From the NCBI GenBank assembly GCA_048938895.1, contig JBHLLU010000100.1:1-10094 (forward strand): a stretch of DNA of 10,094 bases, given 5' to 3'. Position numbers and translations under genes: made by a program. The notes beneath the pieces were generated by a model. It saw only the letters and a program-made list of their open reading frames with translations, searched no databases and was not told the origin of the DNA. Positions within the stretch are counted from its first letter, which is position 1; each line of letters starts with the position of its first letter. The stretch is from Promethearchaeota archaeon. GTDB taxonomy: Archaea > Asgardarchaeota > Lokiarchaeia > Sigyniarchaeales > SOKP01. This document shows, piece after piece, positions 1 to 6,504 of this stretch.

Positions 1-201
1 AATACACCCTCAGTATTACGAATGATATCTGCATCGGGACTACAAATTGGAAGAAATCACTTATCTCCTATTACCAATGACTACGAACCGCCTTTTAAAT
101 TTAAAGGTATAATTAAAAAAGTAAAATTTGAGCTGTTGCGATACATCCCAAAACCAGAAGATAACCAGAAGAAGTTTGAAGCAGAGATGATAAAACAATA
201 A
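1..201 (+). CDS. Arylsulfatase, C-terminal fragment (5' end outside window)
   Basis: Frame +1 is open from base 1 to TAA 199-201 and translates NTPSVLRMISASGLQIGRNHLSPITNDYEPPFKFKGIIKKVKFELLRYIPKPEDNQKKFEAEMIKQ*. The G-L-x-I-G-R...SP(I/V)T-x-DY-x-x-PF-x-F-x-G-x-I-x-x-V pattern and the terminal 'AEMxxQ' resemble the C-terminal extension of long AtsA/AtsD-type arylsulfatases. Not in the ORF track. The catalytic CxPxR motif is not visible. Confidence 0.75.
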   Translation, partial: NTPSVLRMISASGLQIGRNHLSPITNDYEPPFKFKGIIKKVKFELLRYIPKPEDNQKKFEAEMIKQ

Positions 202-206
202 CTCGA

Positions 207-213
207 TTTTTTT
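207..213 (+). terminator. Oligo-T tract, candidate archaeal-type terminator
   Basis: T7 run 5 nt after the sulfatase stop, inside the 12-nt gap between convergent genes. No hairpin. Confidence 0.4.
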
Positions 214-1668
214 CTATTTTATATTATTTAATGCTCCTTTTAAGACATCTTCAAATTTATTGCAGATATAATCCGTATCTTCTTCATTTATGATGATGGG
301 AGGTTTTACTTTAATCACATTATGCATTAATATTTCTCCGGTAGTAGTCAAGTAGGGCATGCTTGGACCAAAAAGAATGTTTTGTCTCATTCCCTCTGCA
401 AGCATTTCATTCATCAACTCTGAGTAGGGTTCTCTGGTGTTTTGGTCTTTAACTATTTCTACACCAATAAATAATCCTGGTCCTCGAATATCTCCAATAA
501 CTTCATAACCCTCTTGAAGTTCTTTAAACCTTCTTGTTATTTGTTTTCCTCGTTTCTCACAATTATCTCCATATTCGGCTTTTTCAATTACCTTTATGGA
601 TGCCAATCCAGCCGTTAAACTTATCGGAGTATTACAGAAGGTTGTATGATCTTCTGAAGGAGAAAATCGTTTTCGCATCTTTTTGGAAGCAATCATAGCT
701 CCGAGTGGAAACCCACCACCGATTGCTTTCGTAAAGCACATCATATCTGGTGACACATCGAGATTTAATTCTTTTTCATATCTTTCAGTTAAGGTAAAAT
801 ATTTTCCTGTCCTCCAAACTCCCGTCTGGCACTCATCATATATCCTAAAAATCTTCTCTTCATCACAAACTTCTTTTAATTTCTCCAAATATTCAGGTGG
901 AAAAGGAATATGACCTCCAGGACCTTGACAAGGTTCAAGTAACACCGCTGCTAATTTTCGTGAGGCTAATCCCCTAAGATATTTCTTTGCTAATTCAAAG
1001 CACTCCAAATTACATTGAGGATCTTTACTACCATACAATCCCTCTTTATAGTTCCATAGGCATCGATAACAATATGGCTGAGGTACTCTAGGAAACACAT
1101 CAATCCCAAAGGCTCGAAAACGTGTAACCGAATGAATGGGATGTGAAGCAGTTATCATTGCCAAGCTGTTCCCATGATATGCTCCTTCAAATGTGAGGAC
1201 CTGTTCACCATCTTTCGAAGCAATTAAGGAAAGTTTTATTGCAGCTTCGATGGCAGCACCACCACCAGAATTATTTACATGTACTCTTCCTCCCTTTAAT
1301 CTTCCTGGTGCTAATTCTGCTAACTTATTCACAAATTTCACCCTTGCTGGTGAAATTCCACTTGATTTGATGTGAGTAAGTCTTTTCATTTGTTCTGAGA
1401 CAGCATAGTTAACATCAGGATTCGCAAAACCTAATGCTAAAACCCAATTTTGAGAGGTACAGTCAAGCATTTCTGCCACTTCATCATGTTTGAAATTTTT
1501 TACCACCACCCAAGGAGATCCCGGTTCTTTTGCTTCTATAAATACGTTAGATTCATAGTGGACATTTAGACAATGGTCTTCAAAAAGTCGCAAATCTTCC
1601 TCATTTAATCCTGCCGAAATATTACTCAAATCTTCCTTACTCAATATTTTTGGATTAAAATCTACCAT
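214..1668 (-). CDS. Class III PLP-dependent aminotransferase-family protein (GabT/AGXT2/ETNPPL-like), 484 aa
   Basis: Motifs AYHG, EPCQGPGG, DECQTG.WRTG, PDMMCFTKAIGGG (Schiff-base Lys), IGDIRGPGLFIGVE and VIKVKPP. AAGGTA SD-like sequence upstream of the ATG. Confidence 0.93.
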   Translation of the reverse strand: MVDFNPKILSKEDLSNISAGLNEEDLRLFEDHCLNVHYESNVFIEAKEPGSPWVVVKNFKHDEVAEMLDCTSQNWVLALGFANPDVNYAVSEQMKRLTHIKSSGISPARVKFVNKLAELAPGRLKGGRVHVNNSGGGAAIEAAIKLSLIASKDGEQVLTFEGAYHGNSLAMITASHPIHSVTRFRAFGIDVFPRVPQPYCYRCLWNYKEGLYGSKDPQCNLECFELAKKYLRGLASRKLAAVLLEPCQGPGGHIPFPPEYLEKLKEVCDEEKIFRIYDECQTGVWRTGKYFTLTERYEKELNLDVSPDMMCFTKAIGGGFPLGAMIASKKMRKRFSPSEDHTTFCNTPISLTAGLASIKVIEKAEYGDNCEKRGKQITRRFKELQEGYEVIGDIRGPGLFIGVEIVKDQNTREPYSELMNEMLAEGMRQNILFGPSMPYLTTTGEILMHNVIKVKPPIIINEEDTDYICNKFEDVLKGALNNIK

Positions 1669-1760
1669 AATTTTATTACCTTTTAAAACAGTTTAAATTA
1701 AAGATTACCTAATTCAAAAATCTATTCATTCTGTGAAAATTGCTAATTCAAGAATAAATC

Positions 1761-1775
1761 TTTAAAAATTATAAT
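1761..1775 (+). promoter_or_regulatory. Candidate TATA-type promoter for the Fe-S protein gene
   Basis: TTTAAAAATTATAAT starts 55 nt upstream of TTG 1816 in a divergent intergenic region and is preceded by purine-rich AGAATAAA. GAGG SD at 1804-1807. Confidence 0.35.
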
Positions 1776-1815
1776 CATATAATTAGAATAACAAAAAATT
1801 TTTGAGGAATTAAGA

Positions 1816-2937
1816 TTGACAGAAGTAGAAGAGAGTTATGAACACATTCGTAATTTATTTAATTCTGGTTTTGCGACTAAATTACCAAAGCATGAACTCA
1901 CCCACAAGTTAATCAAAAACATGTACCATGATGAAGAAGCTTTAATGATTGCATCTACTTTCAAAGAAATTAGGGAATATCTTACTGTTGACCAGATTAG
2001 TGAAAGATCTGGTATAATTGATAAGGAAAAACTAAAAAAAATGCTTGATCATATGGTTTATAAAGGATCTCTTATGAAAGGAAGAGATGAAACATATTAT
2101 ATGTTTACTTATTTACCTGGAATGTTTGAAGCCTATTTCACAGCTGTAAGAGATGATCCTGAGAGATTGAAAGAAGCTGGAAAAGCACATAGAGCGTTGC
2201 GTAAAATAAATTTCAATCCCTCGGGAAAGTGGCCAGTTGAGTTACCAACCAAATTTAATAAGGAGAGCGGATGGAGATTTGCTCCCGCTATGGGACCTGT
2301 ATCAAGAACAATAGAAGTAAATGAAAAATTAGACGTAAAGAATGAAATATTACCATACGAGGTTCTTGAAAAGAACCTATCTATATATGATATCTTTTCA
2401 GAGACTCCTTGCAGTTGTAGAGAAACGGCAAAATTAGCTAATGAGCCCTGTGAGAGAACAAGTGAAAACTTCTGTATACAAGCAGGAGATTTTGCTGAAG
2501 GTGCTATTCGTAATGGAACAGGAAAAAAGCTTACATATGATGAGGCAATGAAACGATTGAAAGAAGCAGAAAAGCGAGGATTAGTCCATTCAACAACTAA
2601 TAAATTGGATCCATCAATGTTTGTTTGTAATTGCTGTCCATGTTGCTGCATGGCCTTGGCTCCTGTTGTAAAAGGATTTCGTCTTGGTGTAGAGCGATCG
2701 AATTTTGCCCCTATAGTTGATCATGATCTTTGTATTTTATGCGATACTTGTGTAGATATCTGTCCAGTGGGGATTATTGAACATATAGATGACTCTGATG
2801 GTGAAAAAATTATTATGGATCTTGAGGGGTGTTTAGGATGCGGTTTATGTGCCTCGAATTGCTCAGAAGAGGCTATCTCTTTGGAAAAGGTTAGAAATCA
2901 TATTCCTCGTCAATCCATGGGGAATTTATTTGGTTAA
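1816..2937 (+). CDS. 4Fe-4S binding protein with N-terminal winged-helix-like region, central Cys-rich domain and C-terminal 2x[4Fe-4S] ferredoxin domain
   Basis: TTG start with GAGG upstream. Central motifs PCSCR...PC...FC...GLVH...CNCCPCCC. Ferredoxin motifs CILCDTCVDICP and CLGCGLCASNCS. N-terminal LTVDQISERSG...LKKMLDHMVYKGSL resembles a wHTH. Confidence 0.88.
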   Translation: MTEVEESYEHIRNLFNSGFATKLPKHELTHKLIKNMYHDEEALMIASTFKEIREYLTVDQISERSGIIDKEKLKKMLDHMVYKGSLMKGRDETYYMFTYLPGMFEAYFTAVRDDPERLKEAGKAHRALRKINFNPSGKWPVELPTKFNKESGWRFAPAMGPVSRTIEVNEKLDVKNEILPYEVLEKNLSIYDIFSETPCSCRETAKLANEPCERTSENFCIQAGDFAEGAIRNGTGKKLTYDEAMKRLKEAEKRGLVHSTTNKLDPSMFVCNCCPCCCMALAPVVKGFRLGVERSNFAPIVDHDLCILCDTCVDICPVGIIEHIDDSDGEKIIMDLEGCLGCGLCASNCSEEAISLEKVRNHIPRQSMGNLFG

Positions 2938-2947
2938 ATTGACTAAC

Positions 2948-3004
2948 TTCTTTTTCTTATGTTATTTTTAATTTTTTAAACTTTTATTACCAATTTTGTT
3001 TTTT
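2948..3004 (+). terminator. T-rich terminator region
   Basis: Several T4-T7 runs follow the stop at 2937 in the gap between convergent genes. Confidence 0.5.
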
Positions 3005-3011
3005 CGAAAAT

Positions 3012-3491
3012 TTATTGCTGTTTCATCCACTCGATAAACTCTTTAACATAGATCGAGGATTTTTCCATTTCTTCAGGATAGATTGGTCCTTTTTGTCCTT
3101 CAACTTGAGCAGTTAGTAATTTGGAATATGTGTTCTCAATCATCGATGCTCTTGCTATTTTACCTAGATACCTTGTGGCATAACCTTGAACTTTGTTTGT
3201 GGGCATCGCATGAGTTAAAAAACCGGTTCCAAATTGAATCTTGTTACCAGATTCTTCAAGCATTTTATTTAGTCTTTTTAACCATCTCTTCGACTTTGGG
3301 TCACTTCTGAAAATCCGTATTGCTCCCCCTAAAATAAGTGCATCGGGAGCTTCTTCCGCAACTTTTTTAGGAGAAATATTCTTTATATCAGCAATATTAA
3401 CACTATCTTCTGCAGAAAATTCATTCTTAAGTGCTTCTGCTAACAATTTTCCATTTCCATACCAAGTATGGGTCATTATTTGTACTTTCAT
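3012..3491 (-). CDS. Flavodoxin-like protein, 159 aa (start reassigned to ATG 3491)
   Basis: MKVQIMTHTWYGNGKLLAEAL matches the flavodoxin beta1/phosphate-loop/helix start (consensus about SxYGNTxxxAE). DALILGGA corresponds to beta3. The 23-codon upstream extension in the ORF track is AT-rich and promoter-like. Confidence 0.78.
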   Translation of the reverse strand: MKVQIMTHTWYGNGKLLAEALKNEFSAEDSVNIADIKNISPKKVAEEAPDALILGGAIRIFRSDPKSKRWLKRLNKMLEESGNKIQFGTGFLTHAMPTNKVQGYATRYLGKIARASMIENTYSKLLTAQVEGQKGPIYPEEMEKSSIYVKEFIEWMKQQ

Positions 3492-3508
3492 ATTTTGAAA
3501 AAGTGAAA

Positions 3509-3530
3509 TATAATTTAATAAATTTATATA
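3509..3530 (-). promoter_or_regulatory. Candidate TATA box(es) for a probably leaderless flavodoxin transcript
   Basis: The minus strand reads TATATAAATTTATTAAATTATA. TTTATTAAA lies about 23-31 nt upstream of ATG 3491, and no SD is evident. Confidence 0.4.
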
Positions 3531-3707
3531 GACCAGTTTTATCTTATTCGAAATAATCATTTTTGTAAATCAATTGGAATTACCCAACTTCAACCTCTGC
3601 TTTAACCAAAATTCGATGGTGCTATATTAAGTTTGCGTATATACTTTATATTGTTTGTAATGTTAACTAAACTAATTGTTTCCATATTTGTTTGAAGATG
3701 GTCATAA

Positions 3708-4619
3708 ATGAGTAAAATAAAGTTTGGGGTTACGATTAATGCCGCCCCTGATATGTTATATCGCTCCGATTACGATTCAATAAAAAATTTAGCTTTGGAA
3801 TGCGAAAGCTTGGGTTATGATTCTATTTGGGCTATGGATCATCTTATGTGGGGTATTAACGAGAGTGGAAGTGTGTTCGAAGCGTGGGCACTACTATCAG
3901 CTTTAGCAGTGGAGACTAAATCTATCAAGCTTGGGCCATTGGTAGGATGTAATTCCTTTAGAAGTCCTACACTTACAGCTAAAATTGCAGCAACTTTTGA
4001 TGTTATTTCTAAGGGCAGACTCATCTTTGGTTACGGTGCCGGATGGAAAGTTGACGAATATAACGCATATGGATTTCCGTTTGAAGATCCAGTTACAAGA
4101 TTGAAGAAATTAAGAGAAGGGATAAATTTGATAAAAAAACTGTGGACTGAAAAAAGAACAAGTTTTCAGGGAGAATTCTATGAAGCAAAAGAAGCGATTT
4201 GCAACCCAAAGCCTTTACAAAAACCACATCCTCCTATAATGATTGGAGGGGGAGGAGAAAAGTATACATTAAAGATAGCAGCTGAATTTGGAGATATATG
4301 GGACAGATGGGGTGCTTCTATCGAAGAGTATACAAGAAAAGTCTCTATTCTCAAGGAACACTGCGATGCAATCGGTAGAAAATTTGACGATATAAAACTT
4401 TCCTGGAGTGGTAACTTTTTAATTGCGAAAGATAAAATGGGATTAAATAAGACAATCGGCACATTTGGTTTGGAAAGGGGTATCTATTGTACTTATGATA
4501 ATTGTATAAATGTGCTGCAGAAGTATATTGACTTAGGTTGTACACAATTCCTTTTTGTTATAAGTGGTTTTAACCATGAAAAAGAGACCTTTATGAAAGA
4601 GATAGGTTCATCATTTTAA
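3708..4619 (+). CDS. LLM (luciferase-like) oxidoreductase, probably F420-dependent (Rv1855c/TIGR03560-like)
   Basis: Motifs GYDSIWAMDH, EAWALLSALAVET, FRSPTLTAKIAATFDVISKGRL.FG.GAGW...EY.AYG, FQGEFY and PKPLQKPHPPIMIGGGGEK. Confidence 0.92.
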   Translation: MSKIKFGVTINAAPDMLYRSDYDSIKNLALECESLGYDSIWAMDHLMWGINESGSVFEAWALLSALAVETKSIKLGPLVGCNSFRSPTLTAKIAATFDVISKGRLIFGYGAGWKVDEYNAYGFPFEDPVTRLKKLREGINLIKKLWTEKRTSFQGEFYEAKEAICNPKPLQKPHPPIMIGGGGEKYTLKIAAEFGDIWDRWGASIEEYTRKVSILKEHCDAIGRKFDDIKLSWSGNFLIAKDKMGLNKTIGTFGLERGIYCTYDNCINVLQKYIDLGCTQFLFVISGFNHEKETFMKEIGSSF

Positions 4620-4656
4620 AGAAATTCATATAAATTAAAAGAGAGAAGGAGATATT

Positions 4657-5649
4657 TTGAGTAAAGGAGAATTCCTTTGGGCTATTGGAGGAAAAATAGA
4701 AAATAAATATACTGTTGGGGATACGACTGTTTATAATGTCAATAACAATGAATGGTATAGTAGTGAAGAGAGTCAATTAAGTCCAATGTCTCATCCTGTC
4801 CAAGGTGCTGGATGGACTTTATTTAATAAAAAGATCTTTTGCTTTGGAGGTAAAAAAGAGCCCCATTCTGGATGCTCTGATTACGTTCAAGTATATAGTA
4901 TAGAAGAAGATTCATGGGAAGACTATAATACTATGCCTGAACCACGGAGTAAGTTAGGAAAATTTTATCCAGTTATCAATAATCGCTATTTATATCTTTT
5001 TGGGGGAGATAATATTCAAGGGACATTTAATCGTGTGAATTGGAACTGGAGGTATGATCTATTAAATGATGAATGGGAAACTGATGTTTCAGATGCTCCT
5101 TTTTCACAATCATTTCCTCTTCCTAGTTATCATAATGGATGGATCTATTATTCCTCGGGGAATACAGGAGATAAATTTCTGAATACCTATGAAGGAGCCT
5201 TAAATCAGCGATATAATCCTAAGACAGATGAATGGCAAGTAATGAATCCTTGTCCAATTCCTACTACAGATGGATCTGGAGATATATGGAAAAATGAATT
5301 ACATATAGTAGGTGGATGGAATATAAATCCTGAATATTATAACAGAAACAAAGAATTCTATAGAGGTTCTGTTAGAAAACAGCACTTAGTTTATAACTAT
5401 GATTCCGATTCATGGCGATTTGAACCTAAATTACCAGGACACTGGCATCATGGTGGCTGTCGTGCTAGTAAAGACTTTCTTTGGAGATTTTTAGGAACAA
5501 TAGATGAAGATATTAATATTAAGTCATCTAACCCTCATTCCAATAAGATTTTTCGATGGGATGGAAAATCATGGACAGAAATGAAAGAAGCTCCTGTTCG
5601 AAAAATGAATTTTGGGATGATTCATACAGCTATTGGACCAAAATTTTAA
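4657..5649 (+). CDS. Kelch-repeat six-bladed beta-propeller protein
   Basis: TTG start 5 nt after GGAG (4648-4651). Six blade cores (LWAIGG, IFCFGG, LYLFGG, IYYSSG, LHIVGG, LWRFLG), each followed by a Y/W-x4-6-W element (e.g. YNVNNNEW, YSIEEDSW, YDLLNDEW, YNPKTDEW, YNYDSDSW, WDGKSW). Confidence 0.88.
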   Translation: MSKGEFLWAIGGKIENKYTVGDTTVYNVNNNEWYSSEESQLSPMSHPVQGAGWTLFNKKIFCFGGKKEPHSGCSDYVQVYSIEEDSWEDYNTMPEPRSKLGKFYPVINNRYLYLFGGDNIQGTFNRVNWNWRYDLLNDEWETDVSDAPFSQSFPLPSYHNGWIYYSSGNTGDKFLNTYEGALNQRYNPKTDEWQVMNPCPIPTTDGSGDIWKNELHIVGGWNINPEYYNRNKEFYRGSVRKQHLVYNYDSDSWRFEPKLPGHWHHGGCRASKDFLWRFLGTIDEDINIKSSNPHSNKIFRWDGKSWTEMKEAPVRKMNFGMIHTAIGPKF

Positions 5650-5692
5650 AAAAAATATAGAAAAAGGAAAAAATTTTTTAGATGAATCAAGA

Positions 5693-6475
5693 ATGGAAGA
5701 AATACCACCAAACTTAGCAAGTTCTGGAGCAATTGAAATCGCTGATAAATTGAAATTAATATTTGGAGGTAAAATGCTGGATATTGGTACAGGAGATGGA
5801 GATTCTCTTAAATTCCTAATCGATTTTTTGAAAGATTATGAATCTGCGGTGGGGATTGATACAGATAGAGATTTGTTAAATAAAGCAAAATCAAGATTTA
5901 AAGAAAAAAAAATCACTTTGAAGGTAATGAACGGAGAAAAGATCGAATACCCTAATGATACATTTAATCTAGTTCATATAGCATTTTCATTACATCATAT
6001 GCAGAATTTGAATAAAACTTTGTTTGAAATGAAGCGAGTTCTTAAAAATGGGGGCTATTTTCTAGTCCAAGAGATGTTTAGTGATGGTATTCAAACAGAA
6101 GCTCAAAAAAATGACAAAACTGTTCACGAAATGGCAGCCAGAATTGATAGAATGGAAGGGAAATATCATCGAGCAATATATACTCGGGATGAAATTTTAA
6201 ATTTTCTTTCTCAACTAAAACTAAAAAATTTGGATATTTTTGAATCAACTAGAGACGTTAAATGTCTTAAATGTGAAGAAAAATTTAACTGTGATGATCC
6301 GTATCATCCTGACATAATTAAACCTACCATAGAAGGGATTGAGAAGAAATTAGAACAAATTAAACAACATAAAGAATACTCTGAATTTAAGAAAAGAGCT
6401 GAAACTATTAAAAAGAATGTTAGAAAGCATGGAATAACCAGTACTTCAATTTTATTCTGCATTGGAAAAAAGTAA
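5693..6475 (+). CDS. Class I SAM-dependent methyltransferase (UbiE/Methyltransf_11/31-like)
   Basis: Motif I MLDIGTGDG, motif II VGID, then YPNDTFNLV, SLHH and EMKRVLKNGG. ATG 5693 is preferred over TTG 5633, which overlaps the Kelch gene, but the start is uncertain. Confidence 0.88.
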   Translation: MEEIPPNLASSGAIEIADKLKLIFGGKMLDIGTGDGDSLKFLIDFLKDYESAVGIDTDRDLLNKAKSRFKEKKITLKVMNGEKIEYPNDTFNLVHIAFSLHHMQNLNKTLFEMKRVLKNGGYFLVQEMFSDGIQTEAQKNDKTVHEMAARIDRMEGKYHRAIYTRDEILNFLSQLKLKNLDIFESTRDVKCLKCEEKFNCDDPYHPDIIKPTIEGIEKKLEQIKQHKEYSEFKKRAETIKKNVRKHGITSTSILFCIGKK

Positions 6476-6496
6476 TTAAAACTGGAGGAGTTTATT

Positions 6497-6503
6497 AAAA
6501 AAA
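6497..6503 (-). terminator. Oligo-T tract on the minus strand, candidate terminator
   Basis: A7 on + (T7 on -) 1 nt past the stop of the AIF-like gene, in the 29-nt convergent gap. Confidence 0.4.
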
Positions 6504-6504
6504 G

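Noticed and set aside
214-216. TAG stop of the class III gene as possible pyrrolysine readthrough
   Set aside because: The protein is complete at the normal family C-terminus, and readthrough would run antisense into the sulfatase.
1792-1804. CAAAAAATTTTTG near-palindrome before the SD
   Set aside because: Homopolymer A/T symmetry is expected by chance at this composition.
3492-3560. 23-aa N-terminal extension of the flavodoxin ORF
   Set aside because: It is AT-rich and contains TATA-like boxes, and the flavodoxin fold begins at Met 3491.
3580-3621. Coding-looking minus-strand stretch HHRILVKAEVEVG* in the intergenic region
   Set aside because: Only 13 codons, bounded upstream by an in-frame TAG and with no start codon. 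It could be a gene remnant but this cannot be supported.
5633-5717. TTG 5633 start, and an out-of-frame mini-ORF from ATG 5682 (MNQEWKKYHQT*) suggesting a frameshift or leader peptide
   Set aside because: The TTG overlaps the Kelch gene and reads through A-tracts. The in-frame ATG 5693 gives a complete methyltransferase, so no frameshift is needed.
6479-6493. Orphan GGAGG inside a short AAACT/AGTTT inverted repeat
   Set aside because: No downstream start or ORF on the + strand, and a 5-bp AT-rich stem is too weak to call.
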